Source of the DNA: Octopus vulgaris
Lineage: Eukaryota
Assembly: GCA_951406725.2 (NCBI GenBank)
Contig: OX597815.1
Location: forward strand, 119,598,001-119,662,000
Reading direction: 5' to 3'
DNA length: 64,000 nt
This document shows positions 25,609 to 39,648 of the stretch, piece after piece (positions within the stretch are counted from its first letter, which is position 1; each line of letters starts with the position of its first letter). The notes beneath the pieces are model-generated. The model saw nothing but the letters and a program-made list of their open reading frames with translations, was not told where the DNA came from and searched no databases. The position numbers and the translations under genes are program-made.

Positions 25609-27099
25609 ATCAAATCTAGTTACAAGGCCTTGGTTAGCCTAGTGCTATAATAGAAGCCATTTGCCCAAGGTGCCATGCAATGGAGTTGAACTCAAAATCA
25701 CTTCTTAACTGTACATCTATGCCTACAACTATACATCATCTTCACAATCATTAAACCGTTAAATCTGAAAATGTGTGTATGCGAGTGTGTTCAGATTTAA
25801 TAATTTATTGATTGTAAAGAGTAAAGATGATGATGAAAAGAGCAAAGATAGTATTTTTTAATTACTTTCTTTACAACCTTGCTATTGAGCAGGTAGTCAG
25901 TTAAAATACAACACTAAAACTCACAATCAGGGAGAGAATACAGACAAGTTTTCAATGTTATGCTTCTGAAATGGAAGAGCAACAGACTGATTCCATAAAC
26001 CTGATGAATAAAAGATAATGACACCCTAAAACCTCAATTATGTGGCAGAAAATGTTAACTCCACAAATCAGTGGAAGGTATTACACATATGATCAACAGC
26101 TGCCAAAAGTATTGCCATAGAACTGTTTTTTTCATGTAGCATGATTGTTGTTAAAATACACAAAATTATCTCTAAAGAATACTCTGGAACAAACGTAAAA
26201 TACATTTTAAGTGTTGAGCATATTTGGACAGTCCATCCAGCAGTACAATCCTTACCAAAGCAGGCATTGGCCAAGTAGGATCCTGTTGAAATCAGCCAAC
26301 CCATGCCAGCAGGTAATATAGATGTTAAATAATGATGGAATGTAAAAAAATTTGTATTATTACAAATTTATTCAACAATATTATTAGTCTAAAAAAAAAA
26401 AAAACATTGCTTAAATTAATAATTAATGAACTACAACTAACAGCCAATAATATGCTATTTATTCAAACTGGGTTTTCTAGTTTAAAAAATCTCATTGTGA
26501 CAATCTCATTCTGGCTTACATGCTCCTGTCAAACTATCCAATCCATGCTAGCATGGAAAATGGATGCTAAATGATGATGATGATGATATATAAGGTTTCC
26601 ATAGGCAGACATCATATGGATACAGTTCCTGAGAAGTATCCCAGCTAGGAGTGGAATCAACTGGTACATTCCATCCTTTTCTGTTTGTGTAGAGATTATA
26701 TAGGCACCTGTTTGCATTAATGAGGTGGATCAAATTAGTAGAGAGAAGTGGTTAAAAACTTGTATGACCTCTATCAATTTACTCAGTAGTACAATTACAG
26801 TTGCCAATAAATTTTTTATCGGCTACCATAGCCATTCCTTAAAGTTTAACCACACCCACTACATAACTAACCACTCCTCACTAATTGACAATCAATCATA
26901 ATACAACTGTGTTCCACCTAAGCCAACCAATCACAACACAAGTTGCTCTTAATCCAGCCTACAACTTATTTATGCTTTCTTCCCAAATTATAAAACATAC
27001 TGTAGATATCAGCTCATCTATTTGCTAACTTAAATTGATAATCTCTATTCCGTATATGGCTACCTGCATGACTGACATCTCAGTGACACTTATTTCTAA

Positions 27100-27690
27100 T
27101 TCTCATGCGATGTCAAGACTAGGGGACACGGACACGGACACACAAGCATGACAGACTTCTTTTGGCTTCAGTTTACCAATTCCACACACAAAGCTTTGGT
27201 TGCCCCAGGGCAATAAGTAGAGGACACTTGCCCAAGGTGCCACATGGGACTGAATCCAAACTATGTGATTGGGAAGCAAACAGCTAAACTATACAGCCAT
27301 GCCTGCGCCTACAAACATACACACATATCATTATCATTGTTTTAACATCCACTTTTCCATGAGCCAGGAAAAAATTATTTGCAACAGATTTTCTGTGACC
27401 AGATGCTTCTTTTGTTGACATGCCTCACCTGGTTCCAAGCAAGGTAACAATTCCCCATGTCTTTAAACCACAAACAGTACAATGGCTGCAGATGTTTCCA
27501 CAGAACATAATACACTAGATGTATTATGTTAAGAGACACACACACATCATGGACTTTTTTTCAGTTTCCACCAACCAAATCCACTCAAGAGACTTTGGTC
27601 AGCCTAGGCCTAAAAGATGACAACTGCCCAAAGAACTGCACAATGAGACTGAAATCACAACTATATGATTGCAAAGCTAATTTCTAAACA
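27100..27690 (-). mobile_element. Two tandem A2-type SINE copies (~27100-27310 and ~27327-27690)
   Basis: Two A heads on the minus strand; the second is preceded on + by TTTAACATCCACTTTTCCATG (RTE-type tail). Confidence 0.65.
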
Positions 27691-28869
27691 CTCCCACCAC
27701 ACACACACACATACACACAAAACAATAGCACTGTGTTAGAAACATTGTAGCTATTCAAAACTCAGTTATATTTACTTTCACTTGGTAAATATCTAGTAAC
27801 AATAACATTTATTATTAGTGCAACCTGACCACTGACATTCTGTTTGCTTGTATGAGACAGGAGGTTGAATCCAGGGAGTAGAGATGGTCAGTAAACAAAG
27901 CTTAGAGCTTTTGGTTACTATTTTTTAATTGATTTCATCTGTGGGAAGGTGCTGTATCCATGACCTCCACAGGCCCTTTGACACTGGCAAGATTAAGGCA
28001 GTTAATAATAAGCGAAAGTGAATATAACAGTATATGTTTCGCATTTGTTTTAGGATATTAAAACTTGCATAGGTCAGACAAATTGATCAAGGTATATTTC
28101 TTACAACCAGATGCTCACATGATTCTGAGCAAGATAATATTTTTTCCTAATGCAGGCAGGTTTTCACTGAAAACTAACAATTGTCACCATTTGTTTACAA
28201 CTGGCCAGTGTTGTGAAGACAAGCAGATACACAAGCAAGCATATGCATATATGTATATGTGCATAAGTACAATGAGGAGGGCATGTCAATTTCTGATTAT
28301 CAAAAGGCTTTGGTCAGCCCAGAGCTATAGTAATAAATACCTACATGCATGTATGTAAATGTGTGTGAAAAATTACTGCCACATGACCATCATTTGTGAG
28401 CATAACATGGAGCATGTACCATGCTTTTACTAATTATTTTAGGTGCTTATGTAGTCATGGGAGACATAGAGAAGCATGTAGTCCTCACACACTTGACCCA
28501 AAGAAACAAGCAAGATGTGACTGCAGGAAAGAGACAGGGGCCAACCAGTACCCTGCAGTTACTCATTTCAGTTGAGCTTAATTGAACAATGTAAAATTTT
28601 CTTATTCAAAAACACAACATGCTTCCTGGTCCAAGAATCAAATACATGACTAACACCCTAGCCATTTATCTACATGCCTTCATACATATTCAAACACACC
28701 ACATACATTATTACATACAAAAATCTTTGCTATTTTTGAAGTCAGTTTTTTTTTGGGGGGGGGGGGGGTTCTAATCTTTGGGACTAGTTGCATCAGTTAT
28801 ACATCCTATCTGAGATTTTGGCCAATCAGAAAGTTTTGTGTAATGTTCAGTCAGGCCTTTACATTAATA

Positions 28870-29070
28870 TTGGTTTCAAATTTTTGCACAAGGCCAACAA
28901 TTTTGAGGAAGGAATGGGTCGATTACATTGACCTCTGGTAATCAACTGGTACTTATTTTAAAGACCTCGAAAAGGCGAAAGGCAAAGTCAACCTCAGAGG
29001 AATCTGAACTCAGACGAAATGCTCCTCAGCATTTTGCCAAGCGTGTTAATTCTGCCAGCTCACTGCTTTT
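28870..29070 (-). mobile_element. SINE family B, diverged
   Basis: ACTGGTACTTATTT...GAAAGGCAAAGTCAACCTC...TTCTGCCAGCTCACTGC. Confidence 0.7.
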
Positions 29071-30024
29071 AACATTAAGATATGGATACTGCATTTTGGT
29101 TTACAAATTTAAATGGGTGATATGTCAAACATTTTTCTGGCCCTAAATATAAGTTGAAGGGAAAATAAAAGAATGCACTCCAAAAGTTGGAAAAGAAGAA
29201 AGAAAAAAAAACAGACAAGTTAATTTCAAAAAGACAACTTCCAAGAAATTTTCATTTTTAAAATTCTGCAATCAATCAAGTCCAAAAACATTAACTTAAC
29301 TACATCAATCAAGTAGATGATGAAACCTTCAAAATGTTAAATCAAATACAGTATAATAATGAGTATAATACAGCTCACTTTCATAGAATATTTTGTTTTT
29401 AATGTTACCTTCACATTTTTTCTAAGGTCAGTGTCCTGTCATTTTATGGATGAAAAATGCAAGGTTCGAAAGAGAGCAATGCTAACAACTTTGAAAGAAA
29501 GCAGATGCTTAAAGGATGAAAGTAATGAAATAAATGGATGAAAATGTTATTAAAATTGTATACAAATGTACAAATACACATTACAGACATAACATTTTCT
29601 CCTTCAGTAAATGGCCACTACCTTTAACATTACTTTCAACTTCTTTCCATGCATACCAACATATGCCTTGTTTTTTTTCCTCTTTTTCTTATCCAATTTA
29701 CACAAATGTAGTCAATTACCAAACCATGTGCATGTGCCTGTGTATGAACAGGATACATAATTACACACACAAGTATTTACAGTGAGGATCATAAATCAGG
29801 TGAGTTCTCAGTGAACTCAGTCTATGCTATGAGACTTTTTCATTCTGGTTGAAATTACTGCACTTCACTTAGATCATAGAGAAAAAAATGAATCTTGACC
29901 TCCCGGTTTTCTCAGTAAAAATTTTAAAATAACAAATGCAAATAATGCAGATATTAAACCATAAAATATGTAACACAGTGTATACATAGCATATACAGTT
30001 AGGCAACATAAAAAATGTGTTTCC

Positions 30025-30437
30025 TTTGACTTATTTGCAGTCATTTAGATTGTGGCTATGTTGTAGCACTGCCTGGAAGAATTTCAGTCCAACAAATTAA
30101 CCAACGTACATATTTTTTTAAAACCTGGTACTCATTCTATCAGTCTCTTATTTTGAACTACTAAGTTACAGGGATGTAAACACACTTGTTGTCAAGTGAT
30201 GCTGGGGGACAAACACAGACACAAATTCATATATAGTCTTTTATGCGTTTCAGCCCAAAGGCTGTGACTGTATACATCTGATGGGCTTCTTTCAGTTTCC
30301 ATCCACTAAATCCACTCACAAGGATTTTGTAGACCCAAAGCTAAAGCAGAAAACACTTGCCTTAGATGCCATGCAGTGGGACTGAACTGAGAAACAGACT
30401 GTATGGTAAATAAACTTCTTACCATACAGTCATGCCA
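30025..30437 (-). mobile_element. SINE family A1, diverged
   Basis: Reverse tail and body plus GGGCTTCTTTCAGTTTCC...GCAGTGGGACTGAAC head. Confidence 0.75.
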
Positions 30438-30465
30438 AAACATGCTCAAAATATGTCAAGACCTG

Positions 30466-30690
30466 CATCATCATCATCGTCGTCATTGTTTAACATGTTT
30501 TCCATGCTGGCATGGGTTTGATGGTTTGACATGGAGTTGACCAGACTTCAATTGTCTGTTGTGGCAGGATTTCCTTCCCAATGCCAACCACTTACAAAGT
30601 GTGCTGGGCACTTTTTACATACCACCAGCACTGGTGCATTTACACAGCACTGGCATTAGTGCATTTTATGTGGCATCAACACTTGTAAAA
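30466..30690 (-). mobile_element. RTE-type 3' tail fragment
   Basis: (CAT)n, CCATGCTGGCATGG (30502-30515), CCTTCCCAATGCCAACCAC. Confidence 0.7.
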
Positions 30691-30901
30691 GGACAAGCCT
30701 GTATGTATGGATGACAGCAATTTATCAAATATAAATCGGTACAACAATTCATTTGATTATCAATATATGGAACACAATTTAATATTAACAGCTTTTTTTC
30801 TCTCTATGTTACACATAAAAAATCTAAAGGGGGTAATAATTATGTAACTAATTCTATTTTGATGAGAAATCTACATATCACAGAATTAACTTCTTTGTTA
30901 A

Positions 30902-31130
30902 CCCTTTCATTACCAAATTTCCATTGAAACACATTGCTTTTGTTTTAATTCATTTTGAAATTAATGAAGAACTTAGTAAAATAAATTTGCCATTACTAAG
31001 CTAGTGTTTGGAACATAACTTAACATGGAATTTTGAATGAAAATTTCAATTTATATCACTTTAAAACATGAAGTTTGTATATAAGAAAAAAAAAACAGGT
31101 TTGGTCTCAGGTGGGTTGGTATCAAGAGGG
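30902..31130 (+). mobile_element. MITE family P2
   Basis: TTAA|CCCTTTCATTACC ... GGTATCAAGAGGG. Confidence 0.8.
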
Positions 31131-31519
31131 CTCAGATGATGTCAATTTTGGCTAATTAGAAATCTCACACTAACTACAGCTTATACTTTGAATTTGTCCA
31201 TAATAGTTTTCAGTGAATATGGCCAGGATATATTAGTCATATCAACAATAAAAGGAAACTAACAGAAGCTGGTAACGAGACTAATCAGCTTTTTGTTGCT
31301 TAGAGTTGAATAGCAAAATATTTTTTCTTTTTCCCTTTTGGCAGTATGTCTTAGTTATAATTTTATTGTAGATGCTAATTATATACAACAAAGTACATAA
31401 ATTTATTTAGATAAAAAAATACCTTTGTGCAGTTATCAACAGATGCCTGTAAATAACCCCATAACAAGCTTTCAAAGTGTTAGATTCTAAATCTACTTGT
31501 ATCATTCATTCTTTAAACT

Positions 31520-31845
31520 GCATCATCATTTTAACATCCACTTTTCCAAATTTACATGAATCAGATAGAATTTGTTGAGGCAGCTTTTGTTTTTGTTTTT
31601 ACTGGATGCCCTTACTGTCACCAACTCTCACTTGTTTCTAAATAAGGTAATATTTCCCCATAACTAGACAAATAGGAAACAAAGGGCACAGCTTGCATGA
31701 TGGTGACACTATCACGTGCCCTTCAACCAAATTCACCCACAAAGCTTTGGTCAACCTGTGGCTGTATTACTTCAAGGTATCACACACTGATAAAGAACCC
31801 AAAACCATATGCTTGAGAAGCAAACTTCTAACCACACAACCATTT
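31520..31845 (-). mobile_element. SINE family A2, diverged
   Basis: CATCATCATTTTAACATCCACTTTTCC, GGATGCCCTT, then head remnants. Confidence 0.6.
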
Positions 31846-31985
31846 TACTATACAATCACAACTGCATCCTTCCATACAACTTTTTGAAAAAAAAAAATTT
31901 TGTCTTAAGTATTGAGAAATTTAGGAACTATAGGACAAAATAACTAAAATAATACAGCAAAGAAAACTATCTGAATTCAATAACA

Positions 31986-32348
31986 AACAAGAGCACCCAG
32001 AGAGCGCAAACCTCCACCAAGGCAACACCAACATCCTCTCAACGATTAGCTGGAGATGGTTTTAAAATAAAAATATCTGAAATAAACTTGACTGCTCTCA
32101 CAAACGAGAATACTAAAAATGAACCCGACCACTCTCAAAAAAAACAGGAAAAATAATCCAGAATCCTTGTCTGGTACTGGATTGATCCCAAAATCTAATC
32201 AGTTTGTGTCAGGCATGAGGCCAAACATCTCTGAAAGTTTCATCCAAATCAATCTAGCGTTTCTAGGGATATCTTGTCCACGGACAAACAAACAAACCAA
32301 CAAACATGACTGAAAACAATACCTCTGCCTCAGCAAAAGCGGAGGTAA
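31986..32348. mobile_element. Helentron/DINE-like non-autonomous rolling-circle element
   Basis: Subterminal ACCTCCACC (32010-32018) inverted with terminal GCGGAGGT; terminal hairpin ACCTCTGC...GCGGAGGT (32321-32346); (ACAA)n microsatellite near that end; A-rich flanks with no TSD. Confidence 0.7.
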
Positions 32349-32603
32349 CAAAAAAATCAAACAGCCTATCGGGTTGCCCTATAAGATGTATTTAGACTAT
32401 CAAGTATTACTGTGACAGTACTCAGCCCTGACATTAAAGCTAACTGCGAAACAAATGGTGTTGTATATATTTTTGCTCATCCATCAAGTCATTAAAATAT
32501 AAATTTCTAAAATACTCAGAGGGGTACCTGAAGTAAATAAAAAGAAAAGTATTGTGTATAATTATCATCAAATTATTATTATTATAGGGTTTGGTTATTT
32601 TAC

Positions 32604-32634
<31 letters not shown>

Positions 32635-33188
32635 GCAATATCTAATGTAGAAAAATAAAACTAAAGAAAATACGCACCAACCTAATGCTTTGTTTATTAT
32701 CCATTCTTGGAAAGCAATTTATGAAGTTTAATTTTTCTCAAGCATGGCACCTGAAATAAAAATAAAATACTGAGAATAAATTAATGCTATTAAATTTTTA
32801 AAAGATAGGGGTGTAAGCCTATGATAAACATATACATGTCTGGTGGTTTGGGAAAAAATATGTGTAGTCTAAGCAACAACCAATTCTACAAAAATATCTG
32901 CATGACAGATGTAGATACAGCTGTGTGGTTAACAAGTTTGCTTCCCAACTACATGGTTTCTGGTTCAGTCCCACTGCATGGGGCCTTGCACAGGTCACTT
33001 CTTCTATAGCTAAAAGTCAACCAAAGCCTCGGTAGCCAATTTAATAGATGGGAACTGACAAAAGAGAGAGAGAGAGAGAGAGACTGAGACTTTCACATTG
33101 AATAATGACAAGCTCAATGGCCAAACATATTTTCACAGAAAATTGTAAGCAATGACACTATTTACATGTATGGGTGATATCGTTTTAA

Positions 33189-33398
33189 TCCTTTTGATAC
33201 CAAAATGCCTGAAACCACCTTTGGTTACAGGATGCAGATTCCCCAATTTTAAGTGATTGAAATTAAAATCTTCCATTAAAATTTCATGTCAATTTCATGA
33301 TCCAAAAACCATCTTAATAAAGACAGTTACTAAATTCATCATTATTTTCAAAATAATTGAAATAAATGCAGTGTATTTCGAAATAAGATAATGAAAGG
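33189..33398 (-). mobile_element. MITE family P2
   Basis: TTAA|TCCTTTTGATACC start; reverse complement of the P2 body. Confidence 0.72.
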
Positions 33399-33559
33399 CA
33401 AGTAAAAATACACAACTTACACATGCACATATACATATCCACACAGACACACAATGAGCTTATAGCTTCCATCTAGCGATTCCACTCACAAAGCATTGGT
33501 CAGCTTAAAGCCATAGTAGAAGTGACCAGTCCAGAGAGCCATGCAGTGAGAGCAAACCC

Positions 33560-34216
33560 TACACCCTAATGGTTGAAGGAACCTGTGGAAGAGGTAGACC
33601 CAGGAAGACATGGGATGAGGTAGTGAAGCATGACCTATGAACATTAGGCCTCACCGAGGCAATGACTAGTGACTGGGACCTTTGGAAATATCCTGTGCTT
33701 GAGAAGACCCGGCAAGCTAAGTGAGACCATAACATCGTGGCCTATGCCAGGGGTGTAACCAGCCCACTTATGCGTACCTTTCCTTCATTGGACACTAAAC
33801 TCTGCTTGTGAAGACCTGTTGATGCAAGTGAAATCGAAATGAAATTCGATGACTGGCATCCGTGCTAGTGGAGCGCTAAGAGCACCATCCGAGCATGATC
33901 GTTGCCAGAGCAGCAAACTGGCTTCCGTGCCAGTAGCACGTAAATAAACATTCGAATGAGGTCGTTGCCAGTGCCACTGTGCAGGTGGCACGTAAAAAAC
34001 ACCATTTGAGTGTAGCCATTGCCAGTAACGCCTGACTGGTCCTCATGCCGGTGGCATGTAAAAGCACCCACTACAATCTCGGAGTGGTTGGCATTAAGAA
34101 GGGCATACAGCTGTAGAAACTCTGCTAGGTCAGCCATCTGGATCGCCAGTCCTTAGTCAAATTGTCCAACCCATGCTAGTATGGAAAGTGGACATTAAAC
34201 AATGATGATGATGATG
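33560..34216 (+). mobile_element. 5'-truncated RTE-clade LINE (ORF C-terminus plus 3' UTR) nested in an old SINE head
   Basis: Encodes VEGTCGRGRPRKTWDEVVKHDL*TLGLTEAMTSDWDLWK (RTE C-terminal RGRP..TW..D..W motif, one stop); (GAT)n tail; SINE-A remnants on both sides. Confidence 0.88.
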
Positions 34217-34324
34217 TGACAAAGTGAACTTCTTGACTGCATGGCTATGCTTGTGACTTAACTCGGAAAATAAATTACAGATTGATAGTTGTTTAGATTT
34301 CAGAAAACATATATTAATGATGAA

Positions 34325-34665
34325 ATAGGTAGCAGGGCTCTATAAGGGGTTTCAAGGAGTAGTGTTCTTGCCTTCCTGAGCTAGTTTTCTACCACATTTC
34401 TTAAAAATCGTGGCAGAGTCCTTGGTCTCGGGACCACTCATGTCTAGAAACTGAGGTTTGGGGTAAGCAAGGGCATGTTTCCCGTAGAAAATCAAGCTCC
34501 AAAAAAGCCTCATGATAGCAAGGTAGAATGGGCACCAGCCAGCCCAAAGGTTGAGGTGGGCTGCACCTGCCTGCCTCAGTTGCTAAGGCATTGACGTAGA
34601 TCCATCCACCCCCATTAACAGGGACAAAACTTGGATTTAAACATTGGATGATGATAAAGATGATG
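34325..34665 (+). mobile_element. Probable 3' UTR of a second RTE-like family
   Basis: GC-richer block with AAGGGCATGTTTCCCGTAGAAAA, resembling the GGAAGGGCATCC..GTAGAAA motif, and a GATGATGAT-like tail. Confidence 0.45.
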
Positions 34666-34856
34666 AAATAATTAGATTACAGAGTTTGTTGCTTAAATAC
34701 TAAATTCATTGGCTACATATCTAGATGTTCCCTTTCAGCTTTCACAATGAGAAACAAAAGTTTGTGAAATAATGAAATATTGTGATGTTGGCAACATGAA
34801 AACTTAGAATGGCTATGGAATGAGGGTAATTAAATAAATAAGAATTGATTATCACT

Positions 34857-35250
34857 CTTTTGCTCATTTGAGTCATTAAACTGTGGCCATGCTTGGGCAC
34901 TGCCTTAAAGAATTTCAGTCAAATTATTCAACTCCAGTACTTATTTTTTTATAAGCCTAGTACTTATTCTATTGGTCTCTTTTGCCAAACCACTAAGTTA
35001 TGGGGACATAAGAACACCATCACCAGTTGTCATGCAATGGTGGTAGACAAACATAGGCACATGCACACACACACACATGCATATATGCAAAGGCTTCTTT
35101 CAGTTTCCATCTACCAAATCTACTCACAAGGCTTTAGTTGACCTGAGGCTTATTACAGAACACTTATCGAAGGTGTCACGCAATGGGACTGAACCCAGAA
35201 CCATGTGGCTGGGAAACAAACTTCTAACCACACAAAGCATGACAGTTACA
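34857..35250 (-). mobile_element. SINE family A1
   Basis: Colinear reverse complement of 991-1394. Confidence 0.8.
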
Positions 35251-35264
35251 TAGAGAGAACTTAA

Positions 35265-35565
35265 CCCTTCGGCAGCTAAACCAGCCATATCTGGCCTTTC
35301 ATATCCACCATACAATGCTATATTGAAGGGCAACCAGCAGTAGAAACAAAGCCAAAATCAGACTGGAGCCTGGTACAGCTCTCCAGCTTACCATTCCAGT
35401 TAAACTGTCTAACCCATGCCAGCATGAAAAGCAGATGCTAAATGATGATGATGATGATGATGACATCATTCAAATCTTAAAGACTGTGAGATAATGCCTG
35501 ATTAAATGAAAACAATGTGAATAAATAAGCATTACATTTGACAGAGTAATTTGAATGCTAAACGT
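35265..35565 (-). mobile_element. P1 MITE interrupted by an RTE-type tail (35326-35463, plus)
   Basis: TTAA|CCCTTCGGCA ... GAATGCTAAACGT|TTAA with internal GAAGGGCAACC...CCATGCCAGCATG...(GAT)n. Confidence 0.72.
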
Positions 35566-36919
35566 TTAAGGGTTCTGTCTATATTCCAAGAGAAGATTTA
35601 TATGTTAATGGTATCCAAATGTACTTAGCACAGAATCAATGATAAATAAACAATTTTGTTGTTTAAAAATTTACAACATTGTGTTATTACAAAAGTATCT
35701 TGAATTGGTAAAATCATTTGAACATCAAACAAAATGCCATGTGGTATATGTTCCGGTACTTTCAGCACTCGAATCCTGTCAGGTGAACTTTATTTTCATC
35801 TTTACAGGGTTGATAAAGTACCAGTTAAGTAGTGAGATCAATTTAATCCCTTTGGGACCCATATTTCTATAGAAATAACACTGCCACCATTTTTATCAAT
35901 TATTTTTTAAAAAAGAAGAATTTAATAAAATACTTCTGATGAAATTTTAATGGATAGCTTTAACTTAAATCACTTTTAAACAAGAAACTTATATAAAAGA
36001 ACCAAGGGTGGTCTCAGGCAGACTGGTATCAAAAGGATTAATCAATTAACTACTTCCACCAAATCTGTGGATTTGTGCCTGTGTTAGAAACAATTCTTAC
36101 AAAATATAACATGGTAAGTTTCCTTCCTACAAAAGCTTAATCCCATACATCATCAAAGGCAGTATTTTCAGCCAAAGAAGCAACATTTCACTTCATAAAT
36201 TTATATAACAAATTAACTACAACAATTATAGCCATACAAAGTTATGCAGCTTCATAACAACGGTATTAGTCTCTATTTCCTGAAAAGAAGTTTTAAAATA
36301 GTACCAAATTCTTTCTTTGTTTAAAAATGAAATTGTATCTTTCTAATAAATAAAAGTTTAAAAAAGAAAAAGAAATTCAGCTATCTAGATTTGGCACTTT
36401 CACTTTTGAATAGAACTACAAGCAATTTTCAAATCCTAAAAATCTGTTTACGTATCTTAAGAGAAAAATATGCTAATATTAGTAAAAATTTGAAAATATC
36501 CAATGATCCTAAAATTTCTTCAGCATTTATTTTATTTTACTTTTATTCTCCTCCTTTTAACATAATTGTATCAATTTCTAATCAATAAATACAAACAATG
36601 CTTCTAGCATTTAATGTATTTGGGAAATACCATAGCGGACTGCTGCTGATGAACAAACTGCAACAGCCAGTTTCGTAATTTTAAGTTTAAATTAAAAAGA
36701 ACCAAGTAAGCTTCCAAATAAAACAGTCTAGACAAGACAATACTATTTTAAAAATAATTGTTTTTCTATTTTTTTCCAATTTTCCTTTTTATTTTCCCCC
36801 TGTAATCAGAGTTGTAAAGCAGTTAAAAATAAAACTTACATTACACAGGACATTGAATGTGATGGGTAGAAACATACAAAAGCATTGCTCATGGGTCAAA
36901 AGTGACAGGGATAAATTCT

Positions 36920-37135
36920 TCCTATTATAGGCACAAAGCCTGAAATCTTTGAAAGAAGGGTGCTAGTTGATTACATTACTCCTCCTGCTTAACTGGTACT
37001 TATTTTATTGACCTTGAAAGGAAGAAATGCAAAGTGGATCTTGGCAGCATTTGAACTCAGATTGTAAAGACAGAAGAAATACTGCAAAGTGTTTTGTCCG
37101 GCACAATTATGATTCTGTCAGCTCTCTACCTTAGT
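36920..37135 (-). mobile_element. SINE family B, diverged
   Basis: GGCACAAAGCCTGAAAT...AACTGGTACTTATTT...TTTGAACTCAG. Confidence 0.65.
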
Positions 37136-38417
37136 CAAGGATTAGTTACAAACAAAAGCAACAAAGTGAGCTCTCTTAAAAAGTAAAATCACTAAAATCA
37201 CAAAATAGATGAAAAGGGATAATTCTACAGCCTAAAAAGTAGATACGTAAGAGGAAAATATCTATGATGGATTAGTTATGCAAAACTGATCAAGCAGACT
37301 GGGTTCTTCCAAAGTTCAAAATAAACAGCAAAGTATTGCATTCATTTGCTCCTTAAAAGGATTGACAGCTTTATGAGTACTGCACAGACTTACTAATAAA
37401 GTACTGTCAGTCAGTGAAAGATATAAGCCAATACTTAGTTATATTTCCTTCACTGAGAAAAATAGTTCAAACATTCAACAATGTATGAAGGTAGAAGTTA
37501 TCTGGCAGAAACTCATAGACTTCCTAAGAATACATCTATGAAAATCTTGGAAATCAGCCAAGACGGCAGCATATACAATTCTTCTTCTATACCTGTGGCA
37601 TCATATAACAAGTGCCAGAAAAACTTATCTTTTCTATACAGTTATGTAAACTCTGCAGACAAACTGCTTAGGAATACATTGAAAGCAAATAAGCACAAGT
37701 ACCCCAAAACCCCTGTTGGTATGAGATGTTTACTTTTTTGAAAGAAAGTAAAAAGAAGAGTTACTATATACATTTGACATAATACTATATTTAGGACAGC
37801 ATGCATTAAAATGAACTATCAACACAATACTTTCATCACTACTTCACATATTCCAGAGAATATAACAATAATAAAAGTAGTGGGGGGGAGTCACACTAGA
37901 CTAACTCATTTAGAACATTAAAAACTATGCATTTCAGAGGCTTAACACAATTAACAAGGAGAAAGGGAGCAAGAAAATTGCTACATTTAAAAACAAAACC
38001 TTTATATTTCATGTTAAATGGAGTTGACAAGGTTGTGATGCAATATGCTGAATTGCGGGGCCATATGGTCATCAAGTTCCAAGACCATAAATTCAGAGAC
38101 ATAAACTTGGTACAAAAGTCTGCCCAATATTTTCAGTTCCCAATCCTAATCGAGATTTATTGATTAGTAGCAGAGAGAACACTCATAACAATGTTATAGC
38201 TATATTCAAATTTTCATATTTGCATAATCCTACTCCTACAAGATTGCAACTCATGTGTGGGTGTATGTATCTAAGTCAAACATTTGAAAGGATTTTTAAT
38301 ATCAATGGACTTTTCTTTCCTTGTGTCTCATTTTAATCTTGCAAGCTCAGTAAGATTCTCTTCAAAATACATGGATGCTCTGAGTATCTTTTTCTCTAAT
38401 TTGTGCTATCAATACTG

Positions 38418-38752
38418 ACACTCTGTAAATTGGTTGGCATTAGAAGGGCATCCAACCAGAGAAACCATGCCACAACAGACAATTGGAGTCTGGACAGACT
38501 CCCTGTCCAGTCAGCTCCTGTCAAACCATCCACCCCATGCTAGCATGGAAAATGGATGTTAAACAATGATGTTCACTACTAGTGCAAGTAATGTGTATGT
38601 GCGCACACACAATGAAAAAAGCACCCAATGCACTCTGAAGTAGTTGACCATAGGAAGAGCATCCGGGTGTTGAAACTATGCCAAAACTAACAATGGACTT
38701 CAACCATCCAATCCATACCAGCATGGAACATAGACATTAAATAATGATAATG
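38418..38752 (+). mobile_element. Two tandem RTE-type tail fragments
   Basis: Each has a GAAG(G/A)GCATCC motif, a CCAT-C-AGCATGG hairpin and a TTAAA..ATGAT tail (38418-38571 and 38613-38752). Confidence 0.7.
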
Positions 38753-39308
38753 GGATAAAACACACATACACACACATGTTTATATGTTTAATGTTCATTT
38801 TTCCATGCTAGCATTGACTGGACAGAGATACATTTTAAGTAAGATTTGACAGCCAGATGCATTCCTTATTACCAATCCTGTCATTGTATCTGTCTTCCAA
38901 GTAAAGGGGTTTTTTTTATTCTACACACCTTCAAAAATGATGAGTGAGTGGACCAGTCATAATATTAAGAAAGGATCTAAACATCATTCACTACTTTTTA
39001 CTCAAATAAAACTATGGGACATCAACATCCATGCACATACACACACATAGATGAACAGGCTCATACACATATGTAACAGACTTCCCTTAGATTCTGTTAA
39101 CCAAAGTCACTCACAAGGCATTGTTCAGCCCAGCATTATAGAAGACACTTGCCCACAGTTCAGCATAAGGAGATAAAATCCAAAATTGTTTTTCAAGTCT
39201 GGTACTTATTCTATCATTACCTTTTATTGAACCACTAAGTTATGGGGCCATAAGCAAGCCTACACTAGTTGTCAAGCAATGATGAGGAGCAAACACTACA
39301 CACACAAA

Positions 39309-39349
<41 letters not shown>

Positions 39350-39400
39350 CTAAACGATGATGATGATGATATACACATACATATATATACATACATATAT

Positions 39401-39616
39401 TCTTTTACTTGTTTCAGTCATTTGACTGTAGCCATGCTGGGACACCACCTTAGTCAAGCAAATCGACCCCCAGGACTTATTCTTTGTAAGCCTTAGTACT
39501 TATTCTACCGGGATCTTCTGCTGAACCGTTAAGTTATGGGGACATAAACATACCAGCATTCGCTATGAAACAATGATGGTGGGAAAAATAGACACACAAA
39601 CACACACACACACACG

Positions 39617-39648
<32 letters not shown>

